Assembly: GCA_032718475.1 (NCBI GenBank)
Contig: JAUCBJ010007869.1
Span: 1 to 64,000, forward strand
DNA: 64,000 nucleotides
Origin: Nemertoderma westbladi
Lineage: Eukaryota; Animalia; Xenacoelomorpha
Reading direction: 5' to 3'
Shown: piece after piece, positions 1-13,167 of the stretch
Numbering within the stretch: position 1 is the stretch's first letter
Layout of the letters: every line of letters starts with the position of its first letter
Made by a program: the position numbers and the translations under genes
The notes under the pieces: generated by a model
Seen by the model: only the letters and a program-made list of their open reading frames with translations
The model's database searches: none
Told to the model about the DNA's origin: nothing

Positions 1-215
1 ACGCTAATGGTGAAAAAGACAAAAAAACCAGACAATTGTCCGTCATGTCCGTCAAAACGATAGAGATGCTAAAAGCTCTGAAGAATCTTATTTTTTTGGC
101 ATTACGCGTCCCCCCTCGAAAAATCAAGAAAATCGTACGGCTGGAAATAGGTCGAATGGGGGGGGAACACCGTTTTCGCAGTAACTACGCGTCCAGTATG
201 TAGACTGCGTCCTTT
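1..215. mobile_element. Possible end of a non-autonomous DNA transposon (Kolobok/T2-like), cut by the window edge
   Basis: Minus strand begins TAAAGGACGCAGTCTACATACTGGACGCG, an AAGG-type terminus with an internal GGACGC repeat. The other end is not in the window. Confidence 0.25.
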
Positions 216-299
216 AGAGGGGCGGCGAATTCACCTCACTCGACGCCGCCCTTACTGAATGTTTTTAAAAGATATTTCTTCCCACCTAGTTACCAATAC

Positions 300-2817
300 C
301 AATATTACCGGTCAGACAATCTAATTAATTGACTAACCGATATTATAATATAATTAATTGACTAACCGATATTATAATATAATTAATTGACTAACCAATA
401 TAATATAATTAATTGACTAACCAATATAATATAATTAATTGACTAACCAATATTATATAAATTAATTGACTAACCGATATTATATAATTAATTGACTAAC
501 CAATATTATATAATTAATTGACTAACCAATATTATATAATTAATTGACTAACCAATATAATATAATTAATTGACTAACCAATATTATATAAATTAATTGA
601 CTAACCGATATTATATAATTAATTGACTAACCAATATTATATAATTAATTGACTAACCAATATAATATAATTAATTGACTAACCAATATTATATAAATTA
701 ATTGACTAACCGATATTATATAATTAATTGACTAACCAATATTATATAATTAATTGATTAACCAATATTATATAAATTAATTGACTAACCAATATTATAT
801 GATTAATTGACTAACCAATATTATATAATTAATTGACTAACCAATATTCTATAAATTAATTGACTAACCAATATTATATAAATTAACTGACTAACCAATA
901 TTATATAATTAATTGACTAACCTATATTATATAAATTAATTGACTAACCGATATTATAATATAATTAATTGACTAACCAATATTATATAAATTAATTGAC
1001 TAACCGATATTATATAATTAATTGACTAACCAATATTATATAATTAATTGATTAACCAATATTATATAAATTAATTGACTAACCAATATTATTTAATTAA
1101 TTGACTAACCAATATTATATAATTAATTGACTAACCAATATTATATGATTAATTGACTAACCAATATTATATAATTAATTGACTAACCAATATTATATAA
1201 TTAATTGACTAACCAATATTATATAAATTAATTGACTAACCTATATTATATAAATTAATTGACTAACCAATATTATATAAATTAATTGACTAACCAATAT
1301 TATATAAATTAACTGACTAACCAATATTATATAATTAATTGACTAACCAATATTATATAAATTAACTGACTAACCAATATTATATAATTAATTGACTAAC
1401 CAATATTATATAATTAATTGACTAACCAATATTATATAAATTAATTGACTAACCTATATTATATAAATTAATTGACTAACCTATATTATATAAATTAATT
1501 GACTAACCAATATTATATAAATTAACTGACTAACCAATATTATATAATTAATTGACTAACCAATATTATATAAATTAATTGACTAACCAATAGTATATAA
1601 TTAATTGACTAACCAATATTATATAATTAATTGACTAACCAATATTCTATAAATTAATTGACTAACCAATATTATATAAATTAATTGACTAACCAATATT
1701 ATATAAATTAATTGACTAACCAATATTATATAATTAATTGACTAACCAATATTCTATAAATTAATTGACTAACCAATATTCTATAAATTAATTGACTAAC
1801 CAATATTATATAAATTAATTGAGTTAACCAATATTATATAATTAATTGACTAACCAATATTATATAAATTAATTGACTAACCAATATTATATAAATTAAT
1901 TGACTAACCAATATTATATAAATTAATTGACTAACCAATATTATATAATTAATTGACTAACCAATATTATATAAATTAATTGACTAATCAATATTATATA
2001 AATTAACTGACTAACCAATATTATATAATTAATTAACGAACCAATATTCTATAAATTAATTGACTAACCAATATTATATAATTAATTGACTAACCAATAT
2101 TATATAAATTAATTGACTAACCAATATTATATAAATTAACTGACTAACCAATATTATATAAATTAACTGACTAACCAATATTATATAAATTAATTGACTA
2201 ACCAATATTATATAATTAATTGACTAACCAATATTCTATAAATTAATTGACTAACCAATATTATATAATTAATTGACTAACCAATATTATATAATTAATT
2301 GACTAACCAATATTATATAAATTAATTGACTACCAATATTATATAAATTAATTGACTAACCAATATTATATAAATTAATTGACTAACCAATATTATATAA
2401 TTAATTGACTAACCAATATTATATAAATTAATTGACTAACCAATATTATATAATTAATTGACTAACCAATATTATATAAATTAATTGACTAACCAATATT
2501 ATATAATTAATTGACTAACCAATATTATATAATTAATTGACTAACCAATATTATATAATTAATTGACTAACCAATATTATATAAATTAATTGACTAACCA
2601 ATATTCTATAAATTAATTGACTAACCAATATTATATAATTAATTGACTAACCAATATTATATAATTAATTGACTAACCAATATTATATAATTAATTGACT
2701 AACCAATATTATATAAATTAATTGACTAACCAATATTATATAAATTAATTGACTAACCAATATTATATAATTAATTGACTAACCAATTTTATATAAATTA
2801 ATTGACTAACCAATATT
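300..2817 (-). repeat. ~28-30 bp AT-rich satellite (~85 copies) built from a filamin 5' splice site
   Basis: Minus-strand unit AATATTG|GTTAGTCAATTAATT(T)ATAT is the last 7 nt of exon 2811-2960 plus the intron start. The distal end (300-330) is a degenerate 31-nt copy of the exon end (2811-2840). Confidence 0.93.
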
Positions 2818-2960
2818 ACCGTTCGACAATCTAATTAATTTACAAGGTTCTTCTGTACCGCTTGGAGAAGCTATTGTGGATTCTAGAACACTAAGATCGG
2901 TCTCGTTTATCCGTAAGGCCACCTCGTTAGCGCTATTTATAGCGATCTGTCGTCTCCGAT
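2811..2960 (-). CDS. Filamin internal exon (Ig18-like), 150 nt, phase 1-1
   Basis: ttattttag|AT...ATTG|gttagt. Translates (D)RRRQIAINSANEVALRINETDLSVLESTIASPSGTEEPCKLIRLSNGNI(G), resembling FLNA ...[36 protein letters not shown] (recalled), and continues exon 54717-54890 in frame. Confidence 0.92.
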
Positions 2961-3017
2961 CTAAAATAATAATAATAATTATAATTATAAAACTGTATCA
3001 TGTACTGTAAAGATTGA

Positions 3018-6000
3018 TATACACTATTATACACTGCCATACTACACTGTTATACGACGTCATACACTATTATACACTGCCATACTACACTGTTATACGA
3101 CGTCATACACTATTATACACTGCCATACTACACTGTTATACGACGTCATACACTATTATATACTGCCATACTACACTGTTATACGACGTCATACACTATT
3201 ATACACTGCCATACTACACTGTTATACGACGTCATACACTATTATATACTGCCATACTACACTGTTATACGACGTCATACACTATTATACACTGCCATAC
3301 TACACTGTTATACGACGTCATACACTATTATACACTGCCATACTACACTGTCATACGACGTCATACACTATTATACACTGCCATACTACACTGTTATACG
3401 ACGTCATACACTATTATACACTGCCATACTACACTGTTATACGACGTCATACACTATTATACACTGCCATACTACACTGTCATACGACGTCATACACTAT
3501 TATACACTGCCATACTACACTGTTATACGACGTCATACACTATTATACACTGCCATACTACACTGTTATACGACGTCATACACTATTATACACTGCCATA
3601 CTACACTGTTATACGACGTCATACACTATTATACACTGCCATACTACACTGTTATACGACGTCATACACTATTATACACTGCCATACTACACTGTTATAC
3701 GACGTCATACACTATTATACACTGCCATACTACACTGTTATACGACGTCATACACTATTATACACTGCCATACTACACTGTTATACGACGTCATACATTA
3801 TTATACACTGCCATACTACACTGTTATACGACGTCATACACTATTATACACTGCCATACTACACTGTTATACGACGTCATACTGCCATACTACAATATAA
3901 TACGACGTCATACACTATTATACACTGCCATACTACACTGTTATACGACGTCATACACTATTATACACTGCCATACTACACTGTTATACGACGTCATACA
4001 CTATTATACACTGCCATACTACACGGTTATACGACGTCATACACTATTATACACTGCCATACTACACTGTTATACGACGTCATACACTATTATACACTGC
4101 CATACTACACTGTTATACGACGTCATACACTATTATACACTGCCATACTACACTGTTATACGACGTCATACACTATTATACACTGCCATACTACACTGTT
4201 ATACGACGTCATACACTATTATACACTGCCATACTACACTGTTATACGACGTCATACACTATTATACACTGCCATACTACACTGTTATACGACGTCATAC
4301 ACTATTATACACTGCCATACTACACTGTTATACGACGTCATGCACTGTTATACACTGCCTACTACACTGTTATACGACGTCATACACTATTATATACTGC
4401 CATACTACACTGTTATACGACGTCATACACTATTATACACTGCCATACTACACTGTTATACGACGTCATGCACTGTTATACACTGCCATACTACACTGTT
4501 ATACGACGTCATACACTATTATATACTGCCATACTACACTGTTATACGACGTCATGCACTGTTATACACTGCCATACTACACTGTTATACGACGTCATAC
4601 ACTATTACATACTGCCATACTACACTGTTATACGAAGTCATACACTATTATACACTGCCATACTACACTGTTATACGACGTCATAAACTATTATACACTG
4701 CCATACTACACTGTTATACGACGTCATGCACTGTTATACACTGCCATACTACACTGTTATACGACGTCATACACTATTATACACTGCCATACTACACTGT
4801 TATACGACGTCATGCACTGTTATACACTGCCATACTACACTGTTATACGACGTCATACACTATTACATACTGCCATACTACACTGTTATACGAAGTCATA
4901 CACTATTATACACTGCCATACTACACTGTTATACGACGTCATACACTATTATACACTGCCATACTACACTGTTATACGACGTCATACACTATTACACTGC
5001 CATACTACACTGTTATACGACGTCATACACTATTATACACTGCCATACTACACTGTTATACGACGTCATACACTATTACATACTGCCATACTACACTGTT
5101 ATACGAAGTCATACACTATTATACACTGCCATACTACACTGTTATACGACGTCATACACTATTATACACTGCCATACTACACTGTTATACGACGTCATAC
5201 ACTATTATACACTGCCATACTACACTGTTATACGACGTCATACACTATTATACACTGCCATACTACACTGTTATACGACGTCATACACTATTATACACTG
5301 CCATACTACACTGTTATACGACGTCATGCACTGTTATACACTGCCATACTACACTGTTATACGACGTCATACACTATTATACACTGCCATACTACACTGT
5401 TATACGACGTCATACACTATTATACACTGCCATACTACACGTTTATACGACGTCATACACTATTACACACTGCCATACTACACGGTTATACGACGTCATA
5501 CACTATTATACACTGCCATACTACACTGTTATACGACGTCATACACTATTATACACTGCCATACTACACTGTTATACGACGTCATACACTATTATACACT
5601 GCCATACTACACTGTTATACGACGTCATACACTATTATACACTGCCATACTACACTGTTATACGACGTCATACACTATTATACACTGCCATACTACACTG
5701 TTATACGACGTCATACACTATTATACACTGCCATACTACACTGTTATACGACGTCATACACTATTATACACTGCCATACTACACTGTTATACGACGTCAT
5801 ACACTATTATACACTGCCATACTACACTGTTATACGACGTCATACACTATTATACACTGCCATACTACACTGTTATACGACGTCATACACTATTATACAC
5901 TGCCATACTACACTGTTATACGACGTCATACACTATTATACACTGCCATACTACACTGTTATACGACGTCATACACTATTATACACTGCCATACTACACT

Positions 6001-7230
6001 GTTATACGACGTCATACACTATTATACACTGCCATACTACACTGTTATACGACGTCATACACTATTATACACTGCCATACTACACTGTTATACGACGTCA
6101 TACACTATTATACACTGCCATACTACACTGTTATACGACGTCATACACTATTATACACTGCCATACTACACTGTTATACGACGTCATACACTATTATACA
6201 CTGCCATACTACACTGTTTATACGACGTCATACACTATTATACACTGCCATACTACACTGTTATACGACGTCATACACTATTATACACTGCCATACTACA
6301 CTGTTATACGACGTCATACACTATTATACACTGCCATACTACACTGTTATACGACGTCATACACTATTATACACTGCCATACTACACTGTTATACGACGT
6401 CATACTGCCATACTACAATATGATACGACGTCATACACTATTATACACTGCCATACTACACTGTTATACGACGTCATACACTATTATACACTGCCATACT
6501 ACACTGTTATACGACGTCATACACTATTATACACTGCCATACTACACTGTTATACGACATCATACACTATTATACACTGCCATACTACACTGTTATACGA
6601 CGTCATACACTATTATACACTGCCATACTACACTGTCATACGACGTCATACACTATTATACACTGCCATACTACACTGTTATACGACATCATACACTATT
6701 ATACACTGCCATACTACACTGTTATACGACGTCATACACTATTATACACTGCCATACTACACTGTTATACGACGTCATACACTATTATACACTGCCATAC
6801 TACACTGTTATACGACGTCATACACTATTATACACTGCCATACTACACTGTTATACGACGTCATACACTATTATACACTGCCATACTACACTGTTATACG
6901 ACGTCATACACTATTATACACTGCCATACTACACTGTTATACGACGTCATACACTATTATACACTGCCATACTACACTGTTATACGACGTCATACACTAT
7001 TATACACTGCCATACTACACTGTTATACGACGTCATACACTATTATACACTGCCATACTACACTGTTATACGACGTCATACACTATTATACACTGCCATA
7101 CTACACTGTTATACGACGTCATACACTATTATACACTGCCATACTACACTGTTATACGACGTCATACACTATTATACACTGCCATACTACACTGTTATAC
7201 GACGTCATACACTATTATACACTGCCATAC
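3018..7230. repeat. 43-bp satellite (~98 copies)
   Basis: Unit ATACACTATTATACACTGCCATACTACACTGTTATACGACGTC, highly homogeneous. Starts ~55 bp from the filamin acceptor at 2961. Confidence 0.97.
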
Positions 7231-7244
7231 TCAAAAGAATATAG

Positions 7245-8323
7245 TACGTTAATTCATTTATTTCAACGCAACACTAATACAACATAAGTAATTTGGTTGG
7301 AGATACCGGTAAATTGTTAATTATACAGTAAACGTCACTAATATTGATTTCACCATTAATAACGACTATGCACAGTATGATACATGACATGTTCCACAGA
7401 TCTAGTAAACCACACAAACCACTGGTTTACGGGGCGGCGACAACGTACTACAATGGTGTTTATGTTCTACAACATGGATTAACAAGCCATATACTGTATA
7501 ACAATATATACCTACAGATATTAATAAACAGCACTGGAGAATAACTAGAGTGATAACCTGCAACAACAGCAACCGAGAAGCCAATTTGCGGGGGTTATTA
7601 CACAGTTCCATTTTTGATTACTGTTTATTGTTATGTAATACTATGCTATGTTTACATATTTGTTCATGTTCACATGTTTTGTTATCGTTTGTACATCGTA
7701 TCATATTTACCTCGTTTTTATCTTAATTATTATTACCTATGATAAATTTTGACCGAGATTTGAACGCATAGAATAAGAATAGTGCTAATTTCCTTGTGAT
7801 TGCCTGAGAATTATTTGATAGCAGAAGCTTGAATTTGTGGGGATTGGGCATTGGGTCGTTGATGGTACCAATTGTCGATGTACTTGGTACGGAGTCCTGA
7901 ATATTTGGGACAAACGAGTGCAAAGTGCAGTTCGTCTTCTATTTGGTTCAGGTTACATAGTTCGCAAATTCTTTCAGTTCGCGGAACCCTACGCCACCGC
8001 CCGGCCTCAATTTGCAAGTCGTGTGATGAACAACGGAATTTAGCTAGAATGTGTCGGAGTCGCGGTGAGTCCTTTAGGCTGTCCAGATACGGTTCGGTTT
8101 CAAAGCTCATTTTGCTATATAACTGTCCTTTAGGGGATCCGGCCAGAGCTGACCACCATCCTTGCACAAATTGGTCTTTGATAATTTTTTTTACTTTGAA
8201 CAAAAACTGGGGTTCTGAATTTATCGCTTGGTCTTGCCACACCCAGGATAAACCCAGACTGTTTATGAGGTCCCTTGTAAGTGACACCCAGTTAACCACT
8301 GAGTTGTCGTTCAGTACACGTTC
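7245..8323 (-). mobile_element. 3' part of a degraded LINE (RTEX-like ORF2 C-terminus plus 3' UTR)
   Basis: LAKFRCSSHDLQIEAGRW...ERICELCNLNQIEDELHFALVCPKY is a C-terminal zinc-finger region typical of these ORF2s. AATAAA on the minus strand near 7260. Confidence 0.85.
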
Positions 8324-8814
8324 GTGGGGCCTTCGCGCAGCACGAGGCCCAGTTATGATATACAAATTAAAACTGAGCGACTGTATCACAAAATCAGTAT
8401 TTGAGAAATTTACCCACACCACCAATCAATTAAAGAAAGGGGTACAGTACGTGTTCAGCCCTTTTAATCTGCACCCCCCCCCCCCCCCCCCCCCCCCCAC
8501 CCTTCCCACCCGCCAATACATAACCGCGACATCTACCACCCATTGAAGGGTATTATAAGCCTCGTTGTGCTCGTCCTGTTTTGTATTTAAATATAATTCC
8601 TAAACGCAGATAGAAATGATTATATATACAATATATTACTTAAATTGAATAATATAGATAGCCAAAAAAAGAAATTAATTATACGATTAAAATAAATTAT
8701 TGCATAAGAAGGGTTGTTGCGCGACAAAATTGTTGAGCAATTTAAAGCAATATAACAACTGAATAAGGGGTAACAAGGTGCCCTGAATCGAGTAACGGGA
8801 TGTGTTTTTTGTGT

Positions 8815-10972
8815 AAACACGAGGAAACGGTCGAAATTGGGGGTTTAAGTAAGCATGGGAAGCCAATTTTGAAAACTGGCTGTAATTGGCTGCTACATGT
8901 TTGACGTCACTACAAAGTGCTCTGATAATATATTATCTTGGTTTGTATGGACAGTGATTTTCAAACCATTCAAATAAATATTAAATCTCAATCATTTCAC
9001 ATGTGGCTTATTATATCTATTAAAAGTGGAGAATCTAGCGCGTCTTATGACCTACATTGACTAAATTAATGACGAGGAACGTTGATAAAATGCTGTTTCC
9101 AACAGTATTTCCAGCAGCAATACAGCATTTTATCAATCTTCATCATCGATCATCATCATGCATTTAATTAATTAATTGTTAATTAATCTTCACTTTCAAT
9201 TGATACAAGCTACGTGTCAAATGATTGATATTAAATGTGTATAAATGAATCTAAGAAAAGATCTAAAATCACCCTCCATTGAAAGCAATATAAGAAATTA
9301 TCAGAGCACTGCGTAGTGACGTCAAATCTGTGGGGCGAGCCACGAAGTTGGCGGAGCCTTAGCGAATTGACACTGTTAGGGGGTGGGTCAATTTATGCAA
9401 ATAGTTGTCGTCGTCGTCGTTGTCGTCGTCGTCGTCGTCGTCGTTGTCGTCGTTACGATTTTGACATGCTAATAACTTTGTCGGATTTAAAGCTGCCAAG
9501 TTGAAAATTTGTAGGTATCAATATGAGCAAAATTTGAGATTTTTGAGAGACTTTCAGACACCATCAGTGCAATGGTCTCCCGCTAGAGGGCCACATGTCT
9601 AAACATTAAATGCCCTCCCATTTCTTTGCTTTTAATCTGTTTAAGCTGAAACTTGGCAGATATGTATTAGACCATTAGCTGTGACTTTCAAAGGAGGCGA
9701 ATCCATCTGCAGTTCTCCAGTCTGCCGCTAGAGGGCCAAAGGTCTGAAAGTGAAATCGTTGTCGTCGTTACGATTTTGACATGCTAATAACTTTGTCGGA
9801 TTTAAAGCTGCCAAGTTGAAAATTTGTAGGTATCAATATGAGCAAAAGTTGAGATTTTTGAGAGACTTTCAGACACCATCAGTGCAATGGTCTCCCGCTA
9901 GAGGGCCACATGTCTAAACATTAAATGGCCACCCATTTCTTTGCTTTTAATCCGTTTAAGCTGAAACTTGGGAAGTATGTACTAGACCATTAGCTGTAAA
10001 TTTCAAAGGAGGCTAATCTGTCTGCAGTTCTCCAGTCTGCCGCTAGAGGGCGAAATGTCCCGAATGTGAAATTATTCTTCCATTTAGTTGTTTATGATCT
10101 GATTACGCTGAAACTTGTCATATATGTACTAGATGACATCCTGAGTCTTTGTGTGGATTGTAATCGGTCCGAAGTTTTCCAGTCTGCCGGTAGAGGGCCA
10201 CATGTCTAAACATTAAATGTCCTTCCCATTTTTTGCTTTTAATCCGTTTAAGATGAAACGTGGCAGATATGTACTAAACCATTAGCTATGACTTTCAAAT
10301 GAGGCGAATCCGTTTACAGTTCTCCAGTCTGCCGTTAGAAGGCAAAATGTCCCGAAAGTGAAATTAATCTCCCATTTAGTTATTTATGATCTGATCAAGC
10401 TGAAACTTGTCATATATGTACTAGAAGACATCCTAAGTCTTTGTGTGGACAGTAATCGGTCCGGAGTTTTCGAGTCTGCCGCTAGAGGGCGAAATGTAGG
10501 AAAGTGATAACCTTCGCGAATTCCTTGATCTTAATCTATTTAAGCTGAATTTTGGAATATACAGTACCGGTATGTACTAGACCACATGCCTCGTCTTTGT
10601 GAGGAAGGTGATCGATCCGTAGTTCTTTAATATGCCGCTAGAGGGCTAAATGTATGAAAGTGAAAACCTTCCAACATTTCGTTATTTATGATCCGTCAAT
10701 CGGAAACTTGGTAGATATGTAATAGACCATAGGCTGTGGCTTTGTAGGGAAACTAATCCTTCCTTCTTCAGTTACCCAGTCTCCCGCTAGAGGGTTAACG
10801 TTTTCCGGGAAAATCTTCTCATATGTTTTTATAATCCTTTCGAGTTGATACTTAGCATTAACTCATTTCACGTGCTGCGCGAAGGCCCCACTTCGTGTAG
10901 TTCTAATTACAGCCGATTTTCAAAATTGTATTTCCGGACTTAAACCCGCCATTTAGACTGTTACCTTGTGTT
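8815..10972. mobile_element. MITE-like element with ~115-bp imperfect inverted repeats; right arm interrupted
   Basis: 8815-8928 is the reverse complement of 9297-9328 joined to 10894-10972. Confidence 0.7.
9329..10891 (+). mobile_element. Non-autonomous Helentron/HINE-like element: 5' hairpin, (GTC)n microsatellite, ~145-170 bp core tandem repeats, 3' terminus
   Basis: GTGGGGC...GCCCCAC ends, GTC microsatellite at ~9405-9452 and repeated GAAACTTGG cores. This layout matches DINE-1/HINE-type elements; the family assignment is inference. Confidence 0.65.
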
Positions 10973-11221
10973 TTTAAGTACAATACTCTCGTAACGCATC
11001 AAAAGTAATCACTAACTTAATAACAATATACTTGAGTATTCCCCATTAATGATAGTTCCCCGGTCTGCCGCTAGGGGGCGAATTAACAGAAACGTAAAAA
11101 TAGCTGTAATTATAGAACCAACGATCAGATTCATCTGAAATTTAGTAGTAGTTACCTAAGAGCATTGCTTAATTAGAAATTCTACAGAGACTTTTACAGT
11201 TCCTGTCTGCCGCTAGTGGGG
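9580..11221 (+). promoter_or_regulatory. Array of ~11 co-oriented CTCF-like motifs
   Basis: CCGCTAGAGGGC or close variants at ~9580, 9725, 9895, 10040, 10187, 10332, 10479, 10635, 10784, 11068 and 11210. Several are preceded by TGCAGTTC/TACAGTTC at the spacing of the CTCF upstream motif. Confidence 0.6.
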
Positions 11222-11578
11222 AATTGTTAGAGCTCCAGTTCAACGTGCTTAGCACGGTTTAATAAACAATCAATTAATTATTTTATTCAATACAGTAATT
11301 ATAACAGTAAAATGCAATGTATTCTATTTTTTAGTGAAATCAAGAGATAGGAGGGGGGTGGGACTGGACGCAAATCCCATCTTGGCGAATTAATATCCCG
11401 CCTCAATATTAATTTCTCAATTTTGGGAAAGGAGCAGGTTACAGTGGCACGTTATTTTAACCAAAACAATAAAGTAAACACAATAGAACAGGTTACAGTT
11501 TTATTTTTGAGAGTAATCAGCTGTTGTTATTTGCGTCCAATTTCCCCTGGAGAGGGATGAATTTTTATTGCGTCCAGT

Positions 11579-11609
<31 letters not shown>

Positions 11610-13167
11610 TATCTTGAAATCAAATACCAAAAATATATTTATTATATGAACAATCTATTTGGAAATTGTAAGTTCGGCCTATCTCTTTACCATAAGCTCA
11701 GTATCTTTATCTGGTGTGTTTTTATTATTTTACCAATTATTTAATATGTTTGATAGAATTGAACAACACCGCCCAACACAACCAACTCTCTATCCGCCTC
11801 GAGCATCGAGAATACGAGAAACTCGATCGAAATACCTGCTTATCCCAGTAGTATCCGTCCGTAGTCACCGGACCGCTGCGGTTCTACTCCCGTAGAACAG
11901 TAGAATTCCCGCAGCTTCCGACCCAATTCGACAACGAATTCGCTTCACACTTTCGCGTCACAGAGAACGTAATCCAGTGCGATAACGTCTGCCCAACGTT
12001 CAACCATTTCCCCCAGGCGATCCCAGGATCCGGGCCGCCGCTAAACCCAGATCGCAATCCTCGTCGATTCGTCCAGTCGTCGACGTAAGTCAGTAAGTGG
12101 GACTCTTCCCACCGCACTCCAAGGTGGGTGACCGGAGTGAGGCATGATGAACTTGGCAGTGGCCCGCATTACGATCTGACCGACCGCCGTATTCCCAGTG
12201 TCTGAGTGTAGTAAATACCCAAATAGAATCGTACTGACAAACAAGCAATTCCGTAGTATTCCCCCGTTAATCACCTCTTGAAGCAACTCGGCTGCTCGGG
12301 TCCAGATACATCGGACTGTCGGGAGCGTTTCAGACAGTAATGGAGCGGCATTTGCGAATATTTCCAATGGTTTTATAATAAATAAGGGGATTCAACAGTT
12401 CAATGCTAAAACAAATGGATTATTCCTAACCCCACCCCAATACAGCAATATACCTAACAGTATATAGCTTAGGTACCACAGTCTGACAGTACCATAATCA
12501 GCACAGTCAGCCTACGCATGGGTGGTACCTACGGTGCGCACTACAACGGCAGTACAGCAATACGGTGTACCGTGCCAATGACTGAATGATTAGCGGTAAC
12601 TACTGAACTATCTAAACTATTATATTATTATTACCGGTACTAGGCTAATTAGGCCTAAACTATAATCACCGCAAGGGTTTCCGGGGCCATGTTTAGATTA
12701 CATGATATGGCATGTCTGCAGTGTATGGTACCGGCTGACCTGTATTGCAGTATTGAACTGATTGCAGAATTCTCGATTCAGGAATTGAGTACAGCCTGAC
12801 AGTACCGGTACAAATGGTACATGCAGATTGGCAGACAGCCCCTATGTTTTGCAAAATTTGTCAGAAAACCAGCTGATTTATCCTACAGTAATAATAATTT
12901 AACGCATGTTAATTTTGGATAAATAAATATATTATAACTACAATAACAGTTACACTGATGCTGCACGAAGGCCCCACGCAAATTCTACTTGGAAAATTTT
13001 CAAACTTTTGCCAAACAACATGTGTACCAAGTTTGGATAGATTTCATCAAGGATTGGCCGAGTTATTAACGTTTAAAATAAAATACTGAAAAAAAACGCG
13101 ACAGAACGACAGGTTGATTAATGGTACCACTACGCTAAGGCTCACTCACTTCGTGGCTCGCCCCACA

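Larger units (their letters stand above)
8324..13167 (-). mobile_element. Composite insertion of nested non-autonomous elements that splits the LINE
   Basis: LINE translation breaks at LYQR (13168) and resumes at ERVLNDN (8323). Insert ends on the minus strand are TGTGGGGCGAGCCACG (13167) and GTGCTGCGCGAAGGCCCCAC (8324), the same ends as the element at 9329-10891. Confidence 0.8.

Noticed and set aside
3014-7252. 1412-aa, 896-aa and 565-aa Tyr/His/Thr-rich ORFs
   Set aside because: By-products of a 43-bp satellite lacking plus-strand stops; the same peptide cycles through all three frames and the longest ORF has no ATG start.
8474-8498. Poly-C/G tracts (also ~11580, 17374, 44952, 49985) as functional G-quadruplexes
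   Set aside because: Simple homopolymers of unreliable length with no further evidence.
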